A DNA stretch of 63,551 nt, the filler included, from Stramenopiles sp. TOSAG23-6 (Eukaryota): NCBI GenBank assembly GCA_900128565.1. It is 12 parts of 12 records of this genome, joined end to end, with 100 filler letters (N's around TTAATTAATTAA, not from the genome) between each part and the next. Parts side by side here need not be neighbours in the genome. Positions count along the whole stretch, not along the records: positions 1 to 8,226 come from LT636467.1; positions 8,327 to 16,490 come from LT636468.1; 10 more parts are not named here. The stretch is one strand, 5' to 3'. Positions 1-11,791 of the stretch are shown here, piece after piece; position 1 is the stretch's first letter, and each line of letters starts with the position of its first letter. The position numbers and the translations under genes were made by a program. Under the pieces are notes generated by a model. That model did not search any database, was not told the origin of the DNA, and saw nothing but the letters and a program-made list of their open reading frames with translations.

Positions 1-54
1 TACGAAATTTCGTATGAAAAAAAAATTTAAATTAGAAATTCATATAAAACATAC
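1..54 (-). mobile_element. Introner-like intron, 5' part (truncated by window start)
   Basis: TGT|GTATGTTTT...CATACGAAATTTCGTA matches the family 5' half. Confidence 0.8.
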
Positions 55-1477
55 ACAAATAGATGTTGATAACATTAATTTCATAAATTGTTCAATATCA
101 TATTTCTCTAATTTATCTGGCTTTTTTTGTGTATACACAAATGATGGTAAATATGAAGTAAATCCACTTGGAGGTGGACAAAATGTTGTGAAAAACTTTT
201 GATACGTTTCAGGGTATTTTTCAAGTAATTCTTCATCGGCTTTCTGTATTGTGGAAAATATTTTTTTTTTACCGAAAAAAAAAATCGTTAGGTACAAAAT
301 TTCGTACCAAAAAAAAATAAATTTGAAATTCATAATGAAAACGTACATCAACAATATCTTTAGCTGTAGCATATTCATATCGCGTAAGAGGAAACATACT
401 AGACAATGATCTAGCATCTTTATATTCAGTGAAACATCGATTCCATGGAATCATTTTTGTTTTTAATAAAAAGTCAATTGCTTTTTCCATTGACTCTTTA
501 GATATAAAATCATCTTTTTCCATTGACTCTTTAGATATAAAATTATTCTCTTGATTCATCTCTTCTTCATTAACTATGACACCATCAGTCGTATCATCAT
601 TTGTATCATCATCAATTACTGTACCTTCGATATCACTAAATAACTTAAAAATACTTTCAAGTCTTTCTACCGCTGGACCGCTTACAACATGTAGTATGAA
701 AAAATATTTTTTTTTTCGTAAAAAAATCGTTAGGTACAAAATTTGGTACGAAAAAATAAAATTTGAAATTCATGATGAAAAACATACAGATGATAAAAGA
801 ACTAGAAGTAAAACGACATTTAGTTTTTCTTCTGATGTTTTCTGATCTTTCATATCTTTGTGTTCAACTCCACGTTCTAAAAAGCGAATGTTTCTCTCTA
901 TAATATGACCAGCTTTTATACCAGTTGGGAAAATATCGTCAAATTCAGTCATAATATAATGGAAAAACTCATGCGCTGTCGCCAGTCCATTAGATGTCTC
1001 AAATTTCGTTATAACAGATGCGGCAACACGGTCAAATTGATCAGTATTGAAATCATTCAATTCTTTTAGACTTTTCACTTCACTCGGTGCTAGCATACGT
1101 TTACTCCAGAATGTGTTTCGAAATATGTCCCTACGCTCAGATTCCTGGTTCTTTCTGTAAAACCAGTTTCCAATAAGTCCAATGATGCCAAAGAAACCAA
1201 ACATTCCCCAAGGCCAAGAAGACGGATCTACAAGGCGTTCACCCCATGTCGGCTCTTTTCCACTATTTTCAGCTGCTTTACTTGCAACTTGTTTTGAAGA
1301 TGAACAAAGTCTAGCACGTACTGCAAAATATGGTTCTATATTGTATACAGATAAACGCGATGAGTCACGATAGAAATACGTGTGTCGTCTAGAAGCTTTC
1401 GTGATTCCAAGATGAACTTGTCGGAAATATCTCGTCATTACCGCTCGTGGAACAGCTCTACTCAAGAGATGCATCAT
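55..1477 (-). CDS. Hypothetical protein, probably mitochondrial (presequence-like N-terminus, one TM helix); exons 1477-788, 688-347, 243-55; 3' end runs off the window
   Basis: Three ORF-track fragments join in frame (690, 342 and 189 nt exons) once repeat introns are removed; Arg/Ser-rich N-terminus; hydrophobic WGMFGFFGIIGLIGNWFY. Confidence 0.7.
244..346 (-). mobile_element. Introner-like intron, GT...ATAC-AG (canonical end)
   Basis: GAT|GTACGTTTTC...GTACCTAAC...CACAATACAG|AAA GCC, in frame. Confidence 0.9.
689..787 (-). mobile_element. Introner-like intron, GT...CTAC-AT
   Basis: TCT|GTATGTTTTT...CATACTACAT|GTT GTA AGC restores the frame; the next AG is out of frame. Confidence 0.85.
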
Positions 1478-1816
1478 CTCAATTAAATATTATTCGTACT
1501 TAAAACTTTAAAAGTGTTAATTGCCTATGATATCACTTTATGCCGTGCTTTATCGGAAGTAGTAATATGCAACCTTGTGTACGAAACGTGAACAACAAGG
1601 AAAAGCAAAGAATCGCGCTTAATACTATTTTGACTGACACGAAATCCGATTTTTTTTATCCGTTGAAGAAAATTTACCGGAACTCAACTGTCGAAGATGA
1701 AACTTACTTTCTTCAGTTATTCTTATAAAATTCTCACGTCTCCGTTCTCTTCACTCAGAGTGTCTCCAGGGGGTACTACTGTACTAGGTATGGTATAAAG
1801 TGACACTCTTGTTGAA

Positions 1817-4800
1817 ATGGTGAGCTTGCAGTATATTTTTAGACTACTTTTCCTAATTGTATTGCCAGCAATATCGCTGGGAATACAAAGTGAATCTAAA
1901 TGTGTCGCAGCTCAACAGGACAAGGAATTCTATGGCTCGGAACAACTTATTCATTCACAAACTCTGGAGAATGCTGCAGCATGTTGCACACTTTGTTGGG
2001 AATATAGATTACGTAACTGCAGGTTGTGGTCATTTTCTCCAAGTGAATCAACTTGTTCTTTATTTACAGCATTTGCAAAACAAATGTCTACCCAAACTAA
2101 TCGTAGAACTATATCAGGATTTCTATCTATTAATAGTGTCAACCATGCTTCAAATGTATCTCAAGATATAAATTTAGACAAACTTGATACATTCTCATCA
2201 GGTGATTTCATAGTAAGTGCAATAGGATATGTATTTTGGATAGAGCGAATGACTCCACCAATGCTTCACATAATTCCTTCTGCTGCAAATTTTGAGTTGC
2301 ATGATTTACATTGGTCAAAACTTAAAGTTGTAGACGATTCTACTCTCCAAGTATTACTTTTGTATATAATAGGTAATCAAGCTAAAAATACGCTTTCAAT
2401 TGAAGAACTGGTGAATTTTCTTCCATGGTTTCATTCGCCTCTTCTTCCTAGACGATCTCGGATGATTATTGGAAAACCAGTTGCGATTTTTTCAAATATG
2501 ACTATTGATTTTGGTGGTGCGGCAACGGGTTCTTTTTCAGGTGATGGTTTTCATCTATCACGGGGTGTTCCAGGTTCAGTATCGTTATGGTTATGGCCTT
2601 GGGAAGACAATGGCAATCCTTCGCCATCAGGTGAAAGTAAAACAATAAAAGTTGTTGGTCGTTGTATTTTTCAAATGATTACAGAAAGTGGAAATAGTTC
2701 TACACATGATTTTCAGTTAGGTATATACATGGGTATAGCAAATAAAAACCTTGATACTACAAATCGATTATTTATTGCAAATGAAATAGTTGGGCAATCA
2801 TTGAAAGGCTGGTTTGTAGATATACCTTTAGTTGTTAGGCAGTGGAATCATGTTGTAATTAGCCATGGGACATTTAACAATAATAACATGGTAAATGTTT
2901 ATATTAATGGCGAAATTGCGCTTTCAAAAGCTCTTTTGAAACCGGGAAGAGCAAAGGTTGAATATGATCAATATGGAAAGGGTGCAACGGGTGTCAATGA
3001 GAACGAAATTGTGCATAAAAAGGGGCTGCTGCTACGTGTCGAAAATACAAGTAATAATAATAATAGTATACATATGAAAGAGAATAACCCTGTATCAAAT
3101 AGTGGTGTAAATGATAAAAATAGAACAAGTGAAGGGACAAGTTATTGGGGAGATAGGTTTCCATTTATCGTTGGAAAGCGTCCGAATTTTCCTGGAGCGC
3201 ACATACTAGTTAGTCGTTTATGTATTCATCATAACTGGGCGATGAATCAAAAAGATGCAAAGATTGCATTTTCATTAAAAGCGACTCTTGTAGAACCTTT
3301 ACCAGAAACTCTTGTAAGAGCTGCTCGTATATCCACAAAAACTACAGCAGAATATGTGAAACAATCCATCAATAATGAAAAAGTCTCAGCAGAAGCAAAT
3401 GTGAAACAATCCCTCAATAGCGAAAAAAGTACATCAGAAGAAAATGATTCCATTGACGAAAACTTGTACTCTGGTGTACCTTCTTTGTTTGATATTGGTG
3501 TGTCCTTTGCTACAGGTCTACCTGGAGGAATATTGCAACTACGGAAGATTTTAGATTATTCTTCTGAGGGATTAGAAAAAAGTAAAAATGATTATTCATT
3601 AGACGCGCAGAGTGATGATAATTATATATATTCCTTTAATTCTTCAGAATGGAATAATATAGAAAAGAATGCTTCTTTATTTGAAAAGTTATCAGAGTCT
3701 AGACCAAAACATGTGAAGGAACCTATAGCATTTGTGATAGACTTTGGTCAAGGTTTTCAATTGAATACATTGGAAATAAGTTGGATTCGGAGTCCTGAAG
3801 AGTATTCTGTGATTGGTATCAAAGTTGACAATGATAAAGTAGATAGTACTAATAGTAAAGCAAAATACAATTTTGAAAATCCTCTGAATTTATTTGATAT
3901 TGCACAAACCGGGGGAAAAGAGGAAATTGATATTTTTAATAACTTTCCAAAAATATATTTGCGATATGTTTATATATTAATTTCAAACGCAAAAGCACGA
4001 AACAACTTTAATGTAATTTTACGCAGTATAAGTTACCACTCGAGTCATGATGTTGCTGGTAACTCAAACAGAGTAACTGTAAATATGCCATTAAAGAACG
4101 ATGATACAGAATCTAGAAAGCCAACAATACATGATCATCAATCAAATGTAAATGAAATGAGCATTCGTGTAAAGAATGAAATCACCAGTTCAATATTTTC
4201 GCCAAAAACAGGTACATCTTCGAATAATTTGTATGGAGGGCGTTTATCAGATCCAGATAATTTGGCAGAGATATCTTACTTATTAGCTATATTAGCATCA
4301 CCATATACTATTTCTAATATTTCTCTTCCACATAAAATAAATGTATTGCGTATACCAGATGTTCTTGATTGGAAGCCGGATCTGGCAGTGATTCCGCCAG
4401 GAGTGAGATCCTCAGAAGCTGCGGGACTTGCTCTTTCTCATAGACTTTTGAAAAGTTCATATAATATTTTATCCAAAAGCATTTTCAAACATGAAACAGA
4501 TATAAATAACTACAATCAGAATAATTTCAAAACCAATTCATTTCATATGCATGATGAAATACAAGCAAAAATTGGAGTTTCTAAAATAAGTGGAGAAAAT
4601 GAAGCAAGAATTGGAGTTTCAACATCTTCATGTTTTAGATTAGGATTTCAGTATACTGGTGAACCACAGCAAGTTCTCCATAACATTGAGTCTCATTTAC
4701 GTTGTAGAGAAATGTGCCAGAGAAAGACAGGTTGTGCATATTTTGATTATATACAGATGCTTACTAGTAATGACAATGGAGAATGTCGATTATTTGATGA

Positions 4801-7057
4801 TGGAAAACAAGGTACAAGTGTACCATATAATCAGATGCATCAGTCTTCGACATTCTTATTTGAATCAGTTGCCCAATTTCCTATTGTTCAAGGTGATGTA
4901 TTTTGTAACGTTGATACTCGTTGTTATATGTCTTCAGAATTAGTGTCTAGTACTGAACAGACATTGAATGTAAATGAGGATTGCCTGAAAACGAATCTCA
5001 AGATGTGGTCTCTTCAACCAACGCATTCAAATTGCCACGCAGCAGTTGGTTATTTAATAGCTGTACTGAAACCATTATTTAGCGCGAATACTTCGCCACC
5101 ACATCCAAGACCTCCGATTTTATTAGAAAATTTGAACGAAAACTACAGAGGCCTTGCAGGAGAGAATGATCCAGATTTAATGCAGTACCAAATTCATGCT
5201 GCAAGAAATGGTAATATAAACTCACAGATGTGGCTTGCACGTCAATATTATTGGGGGATGGACGGTTTTACTCGCAACCTATCACGTGCGGCACATTACT
5301 ACGAAATGGCTGCAAATGCTGGCAATGCAGAGGCATCATATAATCTTGGTGTTATGCTGAACGATGGATTTTATCAGCCAATAGAAGAAGAAGAAGAAGC
5401 TGAGCGCTCTTCAAATAATCAAATTAGTATTTTAAAAGAATTAAAAATGGCATTGAAAATCATTGCCTTCAATTTAGGATTTAGTGAAATCTTTTCAAAC
5501 GATTTGGGAGGACTTGGAGATGCAGAAGCAGTAGGTGGCGGCGATGCAGGTGGTATAGGTGGTGAAGATATTATGCCTGGTAATAATTCTGGTTACTTTG
5601 GTAAGTTTTGGAATTTGTTTTCTTCTGAAAGAAAAGAAGATAAAAGAGAAGAAATAGAAGCAAATGATAAAGAAAAAAAAAAAGTAATATTTAAAAAAGA
5701 TACAAAAAGAGCAGCTGCATTATTTGAAAAAGCTGGAAAACTTGGCTTTGCACCTGCACTGAATGGTATAGGTGTACAATATCTACATGGTCTTAATGGA
5801 TCTGAAAAAAATATTACTCATGCGATGGAGTTGCTACATAGTGCATCAATACAAGGAAGTGCAGATGCAAACTTTAATCTTGGAACAATATATAGAGATG
5901 GAATTGAAGATGTTTCGCGTAATGAGCTGAAGGCTCTTAAACATTTTGCGTTGGCGGCTGAAGCTGATCATGCAGGATCATTGTTGGAGCTGGGTATCGC
6001 ATATAGCTCTGGTAGTGGTTGGCTTCAAAGAGCAAATGTTGATAAAATTAAGAAACATCGTGAAGAAACTGAAACAAAAGAGTCTCATAGAGATTCAACC
6101 AATGCAAATGTAGCTCCTACAGATACTGGAAAATTGTCAAAAGATGGAGATAAAAATAAAACAGAAAAACAAAATGAAGATCAAATGTACGAAAAATTAA
6201 TGGAGAGTAAAGGATATTTGGTATTACCTCAAACCGATAACAGAGACAAAGCAATAATTCTTCCAACTTGGACTTCATGTGAAACTGCACAGCTATATTT
6301 GAATAAATTAGGTTCAATGGGCGAATCACAAAAAGCGGAAACAAGAGCACTTCAGGGAATTATATTAAATAAAAGAGATTTAGCTCAAAAGTTGTATGAG
6401 AGTGCGGCAGAAATGGGCCAAGTGACGCCACTAATCAATTCTGCTTATATGCGTGAACAAAAAAGGGAAGAAATGGATGGAAGAAATATAAATATGGATG
6501 CACAAAGTGGGGTTGAAATTGAGGAAAATGAGTTGGGTGATATCGTGTTTACAACAATGCAAGCTTCGCAGCAAATTTTTTCTGGTAATATAGCTTTACT
6601 TCATCGCTGGTTTCAAGCAGCACAGTTAGGTTCAATGGATGCTTTAGTAAGATTATCAAATGTGCATTATTATGGTCAATACCTCATGCCTCGGAACGTA
6701 ACTCTATCAAAGGAGTATCTTGATATTGCAAAGTCTCGAGGTCACCCTGAAGCAACATTTAAAATAGCAATGATGGTATTGACTGGACAAGGTGGATTGA
6801 CACAAAATGTAACTGCATCTAGGGAAATATTGGAAATTATTTGTGAAAATTTTGAGAATGAAGCATATTGGCCTTCGCGACTTGTTTTGATGTGGTTGGA
6901 CTTCACTGATTATTTTGCTTACGCTACAATTGAATACTTATGGGAAATATTATCCGGGATTAGGTCAAGAAATGTTGATGTTTTATTGGTATTTCTTTGT
7001 ACTTCTTTAAGTATTGTTTTACTCATATATCAGTGGAGATCTAATCGTAATATATAA
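1817..7057 (+). CDS. Large type I membrane protein: signal peptide, PAN/apple-like domains, LamG/ConA-like domain, Sel1-like repeats (SEL1L/Hrd3-like C-terminus)
   Basis: 1746-aa intronless ORF; CCTLC...C and CREMC...C PAN patterns; WNHVVI...VYING; repeated AxxGxxxAxxNLG Sel1 motifs; C-terminal TM helix. Confidence 0.8.
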   Translation: MVSLQYIFRLLFLIVLPAISLGIQSESKCVAAQQDKEFYGSEQLIHSQTLENAAACCTLCWEYRLRNCRLWSFSPSESTCSLFTAFAKQMSTQTNRRTISGFLSINSVNHASNVSQDINLDKLDTFSSGDFIVSAIGYVFWIERMTPPMLHIIPSAANFELHDLHWSKLKVVDDSTLQVLLLYIIGNQAKNTLSIEELVNFLPWFHSPLLPRRSRMIIGKPVAIFSNMTIDFGGAATGSFSGDGFHLSRGVPGSVSLWLWPWEDNGNPSPSGESKTIKVVGRCIFQMITESGNSSTHDFQLGIYMGIANKNLDTTNRLFIANEIVGQSLKGWFVDIPLVVRQWNHVVISHGTFNNNNMVNVYINGEIALSKALLKPGRAKVEYDQYGKGATGVNENEIVHKKGLLLRVENTSNNNNSIHMKENNPVSNSGVNDKNRTSEGTSYWGDRFPFIVGKRPNFPGAHILVSRLCIHHNWAMNQKDAKIAFSLKATLVEPLPETLVRAARISTKTTAEYVKQSINNEKVSAEANVKQSLNSEKSTSEENDSIDENLYSGVPSLFDIGVSFATGLPGGILQLRKILDYSSEGLEKSKNDYSLDAQSDDNYIYSFNSSEWNNIEKNASLFEKLSESRPKHVKEPIAFVIDFGQGFQLNTLEISWIRSPEEYSVIGIKVDNDKVDSTNSKAKYNFENPLNLFDIAQTGGKEEIDIFNNFPKIYLRYVYILISNAKARNNFNVILRSISYHSSHDVAGNSNRVTVNMPLKNDDTESRKPTIHDHQSNVNEMSIRVKNEITSSIFSPKTGTSSNNLYGGRLSDPDNLAEISYLLAILASPYTISNISLPHKINVLRIPDVLDWKPDLAVIPPGVRSSEAAGLALSHRLLKSSYNILSKSIFKHETDINNYNQNNFKTNSFHMHDEIQAKIGVSKISGENEARIGVSTSSCFRLGFQYTGEPQQVLHNIESHLRCREMCQRKTGCAYFDYIQMLTSNDNGECRLFDDGKQGTSVPYNQMHQSSTFLFESVAQFPIVQGDVFCNVDTRCYMSSELVSSTEQTLNVNEDCLKTNLKMWSLQPTHSNCHAAVGYLIAVLKPLFSANTSPPHPRPPILLENLNENYRGLAGENDPDLMQYQIHAARNGNINSQMWLARQYYWGMDGFTRNLSRAAHYYEMAANAGNAEASYNLGVMLNDGFYQPIEEEEEAERSSNNQISILKELKMALKIIAFNLGFSEIFSNDLGGLGDAEAVGGGDAGGIGGEDIMPGNNSGYFGKFWNLFSSERKEDKREEIEANDKEKKKVIFKKDTKRAAALFEKAGKLGFAPALNGIGVQYLHGLNGSEKNITHAMELLHSASIQGSADANFNLGTIYRDGIEDVSRNELKALKHFALAAEADHAGSLLELGIAYSSGSGWLQRANVDKIKKHREETETKESHRDSTNANVAPTDTGKLSKDGDKNKTEKQNEDQMYEKLMESKGYLVLPQTDNRDKAIILPTWTSCETAQLYLNKLGSMGESQKAETRALQGIILNKRDLAQKLYESAAEMGQVTPLINSAYMREQKREEMDGRNINMDAQSGVEIEENELGDIVFTTMQASQQIFSGNIALLHRWFQAAQLGSMDALVRLSNVHYYGQYLMPRNVTLSKEYLDIAKSRGHPEATFKIAMMVLTGQGGLTQNVTASREILEIICENFENEAYWPSRLVLMWLDFTDYFAYATIEYLWEILSGIRSRNVDVLLVFLCTSLSIVLLIYQWRSNRNI

Positions 7058-7077
7058 ATGATTTTAGATTTATTATT

Positions 7078-7968
7078 TTAGACAAACACTATTTTTTTCT
7101 TTGTTATGTTGACACTTGATTTTTTAGATGGCTCAGAGGATGACAAACTTGCCTTTGCAATTACAACAGATGGTTCCATCAATGGGTATGTATACTTTTC
7201 ACTCATTACAGTAGATTCGGTATCAACATGGCCATTGCTAGCAATGTGTTTTTGTTTTGGTGAAAAACTTGCAATTGATGATTTTGTAGTTTTCATCAAC
7301 TCCTTCATTTGACGTTGCATTGTCTCACGCATATCCTTTAATTCGCGTTCTTTTTCTTCTTGTGTTTGCGGTCCTTTTTCATAATTTTCGGATGTATCTT
7401 CAGTAGAAGCTGAATGAGAGGCGTATTTATACGAAATACTATCATCTTCCCAAGGACTGACTAATGACGTTTCTCTATTTGATGTTTCATCTTTTCTTTG
7501 ATTTTGTTGCTTTGATAGTATATTAGATTTTTTATGATGTTTAGGATCCCTACGACTTAGTTTTGTTTCAAGTTTGACTTTTGAAAACTCCTTTGTCTTT
7601 GTAGGCACATGCCTTGGAGACATTTCTGAAGCCTCAGCCCATTGCACTGATACATTTTTACCCATTGTCTCTTTCGATGATGAAACAATAGTTTTTGCTG
7701 TAGGTATTGTTCCTGTGGCTGAAGGTACAGTACCAAAGGATATACATCGATCTAAAAGTATTATTCGTGTTGGAAAAGTTGTACTTATTAAAACACGGAA
7801 CACTCTTCAATGTATGTCCCACCTCCTTCAAATTCTGTATCCGAGTTAAGTAAAATATTGAATGACAATATTGTTCCATCACGGTGAATACCACATATAT
7901 AATAAAAAAATATTTTTTTTTTTTTACCGAAAATAAAACAAAAATTGTTAGGTACAAAATTTTCTACC

Positions 7969-7999
<31 letters not shown>

Positions 8000-8156
8000 T
8001 ATGATGATGAAAACGTACATGATCTTTTTGCATTTACATTTGTTGTGTTTTTTCTATTATTTTCTTCTGGAACTTCATATTTTACAAAAAATAAATCTCG
8101 AAATTGAAATGAATTAATATCAAACGCATGACGATGTGCCATTTTTTGAAATACAC
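7078..8156 (-). CDS. Fe(II)/2OG dioxygenase-like fragment followed by a low-complexity region; 5' truncated; frame break near 7790
   Basis: DLFFVKYE...RSCGIHRDGTILSFNILLN...FEGGGT after removing intron 7895-8018; link to ORF 7078-7803 unresolved. Confidence 0.55.
7895..8018 (-). mobile_element. Introner-like intron, GT...ATAT-AT, with an internal (AT)n expansion
   Basis: TCA T|GTACGTTTTC...TTATATAT|GT GGT ATT CAC gives RSCGIHRD. Confidence 0.85.
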
Positions 8157-8226
8157 GAGTATATATTATGAAAAAATATTTCAAAAAAAAAAACTTAAAT
8201 TTGTTAGGTACAAAATTTCGTACGAA
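8157..8226 (-). mobile_element. Introner-like intron, 3' half at a contig end
   Basis: TTCGTACGAAATTTTGTACCTAAC...AAATATTTTTTCATAATATATAC; exact acceptor not determinable. Confidence 0.75.
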
Positions 8227-8326
8227 NNNNNNNNNNNNNNNNNNNNNNNNNNNNNNNNNNNNNNNNNNNNTTAATTAATTAANNNNNNNNNNNNNNNNNN
8301 NNNNNNNNNNNNNNNNNNNNNNNNNN
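8227..8326. other. Artificial contig spacer N-TTAATTAATTAA-N (also near 16535, 24786, 33017, 41231, 49435, 57636, 58828, 60020, 61212, 62404)
   Basis: Identical all-frame-stop linker flanked by N runs, 11 times. Confidence 0.97.
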
Positions 8327-8361
8327 ATTACGAGAGCGTGATATACCACTTTGGTAATTTT

Positions 8362-8613
8362 TTACGTGTAAGATATATATTGTGTTGATGTTGCTTCTGC
8401 ATTGAAACGTTGCTCTTCACTATGAAAAGGTTTTGAGTCTTCTACGGGCAAAGGGTAATAGTCATCAACGAGCATGGTAATTTGTTTCCTTTCCTCTAAG
8501 AACTTTGAATATTCGTCAGATGTTTGTTTTGAAGATTCATCAGGTGGTGGAGGATAAAAAAGAGACTTATATTTATTGTAGAATGCTTGTGAATGTGATG
8601 AAGGATCCGACAT
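8362..8613 (-). CDS. Hypothetical protein N-terminus, truncated by a chimeric contig end
   Basis: ATG ORF divergent from the tepsin-like gene; last codons fall in the inverted 55-nt duplicate. Confidence 0.45.
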   Translation of the reverse strand: MSDPSSHSQAFYNKYKSLFYPPPPDESSKQTSDEYSKFLEERKQITMLVDDYYPLPVEDSKPFHSEEQRFNAEATSTQYISYT

Positions 8614-8938
8614 ATTACTTATTTCTATTTACTTGCATACTACTACGTATGAAAAAAGTAGCTGCTATACGAAGGGTAGCAGCTGTAAATATATTCTACG
8701 GTTTCACGCATAAAAAAAATTCTTTCCCGGCCCGCGAATAATCGATTCGACATCCATCATTTCTTCTTTCGATGTCACGTCAGTTCAAGTTTAACAAAGA
8801 CAACTCATCTCAACACAATTATTGATGTAACTTTGAGATAAAACACACTGCAATTTTTGAAGGTTCTATGGAGGACAATATATATAAAGATTCCAGTGCA
8901 CATTTTGTTGTGAACTTTCATTAGGATCAAGTATTGCA

Positions 8939-10605
8939 ATGCTTCCATTTAATTTCAAGGGAAAATCTCTTATTAACAAGTGTACAGCTCCTAATGAACA
9001 ACCAGTTGCTGGTTTTGCGCTTCACGAACTTGCTCAACTTACGATAAGCAGCACCCCTGCTAATTGTATGAAAATCAATAAACATATTTTGAAGCGTTTG
9101 GCAAATAAAGATCCATTTGTGAAAGCGAAAACACTTCGTGTTATTAAATCTCTTGCTGAAAAAGGAGCAAAAGAGTTTCGTATAGAAATGAAACAGCATT
9201 TAAGTGTGATTAAACAGTGTCAAGAATTCAAGTGCAAACCCCACCGACTTATGGGATTAAAACCGCAAAACAACGTGCGCAAAATGGCCAAAGAGGCGCT
9301 TGTTGCAATATATTCCACTGGTGAAACACTCGCCTCGTCACGAATTCGAAAGTCATCAAGTGATAGAAATGGCTTTGGAAGTTCTTCCTTCAAAGCGACC
9401 CGAGCCTCTCCTAATAAGTACACAGGTTTCGGAAACAATGGCAGTAGCAATAAAACAAGTAAACGAAACACGAGTAATTTCAGTAGTTTAGAAGGTCAAA
9501 AGAAGTGGAACTCTAAAAATAATCGTTCATCAATGTCAAACAGAGGTACCAATAGTATTCAGACCTCAAGAAAAGAAAAAGAAAAGGCCACACACAAAGC
9601 GATTACAGACGNNNNNNNNNNNNNNNNNNNNNNNNNNNNNNNNNNNNNNNNNNNNNNNNNNNNNNNNNNNNNNNNNNTCAGCGCCGGATAAAGAACAACT
9701 TCGACAGTTTTGTCAAAGGTGTAGAACTCTGAAGGTGGACGCTGTCGGGCTGGCATTGCAGAATTATTTAGATGTTGATGGTAATTCCAACACTATTAAA
9801 AGAACTCTCTCTGTAATAGTATCTTTAGTAAAACTAGAGGGATGTGATAAATTTGCGACATATTTTAGTAATAATAGTGATGAAATTGAAGATTGTGTCG
9901 ATGAGGGGGGATCGGTTGGCAAAAGAGCAGCAAAGCTCCTAAATCTTATCAAATCGCCAAGTGAAGATGTCAATAAAGATCTTGATGATAAGAAATCCGA
10001 TGTTGTAGATGTAGATTCTACNNNNNNNNNNNNNNNNNNNNNNNNNNNNNNNNNNNNNNNNNNNNNNNNNNNNNNNNNNNNNNNNNNNNNNNNNNNNNNN
10101 NNNNNNNNNNNNNNNNNNNNNNNNNNNNNNNNNNNNNNNNNNNNNNNNNNNNNNNNNNNNNNNNNNNNNNNNNNNNNNNNNNNNNNNNNNNNNNNNNNNN
10201 NNNNNNNNNNNNNNNNNNNNNNNNNNNNNNNNNNNNNNNNNNNNNNNNNNNNNNNNNNNAAGTGGAGAATTGTTCGATTTTAATGGTGAAGGAGATCGTG
10301 GTGGTATAACAATCGGTCTAGATATTGGTGAGCACAAAAGCTCTAATAATCATGATAATATTTCAGATGCTTTTTCGGGATTTGCAATTCATTCCAGTAA
10401 TCCTGTGATAGCAAAAACTGGCGTTTCTCAATTCAATACTAATATGGGTATGCAACAAATGAATAATACTAATATGGGTATTCAAAGCAACCACCTACCT
10501 CCTGTTCCAAATAAGAATAATCTGATTGGCTATCAACAGCATAAGCCGCGAGCAGATGAAAAGGATGATTTATTTGATTTTGTTGGAGGCTCCTTAGGTT
10601 TTTAG
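8939..10605 (+). CDS. ENTH/VHS-domain protein, tepsin-like (AP-4 accessory); interrupted by N gaps
   Basis: CTAPNEQPVAGFALHELA...KAKTLRVIK...VRKMAKEAL ENTH-like region; second helical domain; C-terminal DLFDFV. Confidence 0.65.
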
Positions 10606-10864
10606 AAAAAAAATGAAATTATTACGAAGTTATAAATTTAACAAGTGAATAAATTTACTTCGACAAACCTGCCTTCCTCCTTCTCTCTTTTTTCCCCTCT
10701 CGTATGAAACGGTCACGAAGTTACGTATCAAACTTGTGACTTTCCGTTTACTACTAATACTACAGCAATAATTCTTTAAATTATCTTTCGTTGTGTTGCG
10801 TATAATAGACACTACTTTTATATACTGTTCATCGTATACGAATTAAAAAGTTTGCTCCTTCAGA

Positions 10865-11653
10865 ATGAGTTTTAATGTAAAATCCATGGCTTCAGTCGCT
10901 CTACGTGCGAAACTTACCAATGACGCAAATAAGAAAACAGCAGCAACAGATAAAATAAAGAATAAGTTTGAAGAAGCCCACAAAGCGCGTATCAGTGCTT
11001 TTGTTAAGCAACCACAGGACGCATTAAATAAAAAATTCAGGGACACACTTTTGCGTAAGGCAAGAAAGGCAAAGGGTCGTATTGGTGGTGTAGCTAAGTT
11101 AAGTGAGCAACACCATGAAGAGATGAAACAGATTTCTAATTTTTATGAAACAGAACGTAAACTTGGACCAATTTCACGCTTTGGCGATGGGGATGGTTCT
11201 TGGTGGGATAGATGGTTAGCGGCACCAGCAGCACAGAAAAGTAGTTTTTCAACAGGCTATGCGCTTCCGCAAGCAGGCTTTAAGCAGCGCCGGCCTAATA
11301 GACATTGTGTCGCAGTAGTTGAAGGCCAATTTGAAAATGACGAAGAAGTCACTGTGAGAGTCCAGGAAAAAACTACATGGCGAGAAGCCGCTGGTCTAAA
11401 AGGAGTAGCTTCAAGTGAAACACCTGCCCAAAAAAGAAGGCGTGAACTTTTAGAACGACGACAACATGAACTTGATGTTAAACAGCGCGCCGAAGCAGCC
11501 ATTAGAAAACGTGAAATTGAAAGGCAGAAAAGGGAGAAACATATTGTATTTAATTTCCAGACTGAATATGCAAAAAACAAGGCAAATGCATTTGAATTGA
11601 TGGTTACAAATAGCACCAATAGACTTCTTGAGAAACTATCAGCAATGTCTTGA
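10865..11653 (+). CDS. Hypothetical basic coiled-coil protein
   Basis: 262-aa ATG ORF, no recognised domain. Confidence 0.65.
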   Translation: MSFNVKSMASVALRAKLTNDANKKTAATDKIKNKFEEAHKARISAFVKQPQDALNKKFRDTLLRKARKAKGRIGGVAKLSEQHHEEMKQISNFYETERKLGPISRFGDGDGSWWDRWLAAPAAQKSSFSTGYALPQAGFKQRRPNRHCVAVVEGQFENDEEVTVRVQEKTTWREAAGLKGVASSETPAQKRRRELLERRQHELDVKQRAEAAIRKREIERQKREKHIVFNFQTEYAKNKANAFELMVTNSTNRLLEKLSAMS

Positions 11654-11791
11654 TGTCATGATTTGCTTTGAATCTTCTATTTACTATTTACTCTCATTTT
11701 TTATAAATATATTTTGACTTGAAATCATTAGTTTTGTGAAGAAAAAAATTTATTTAGTTGCTCATAGAATATATATCTTACACGTAAAAAA

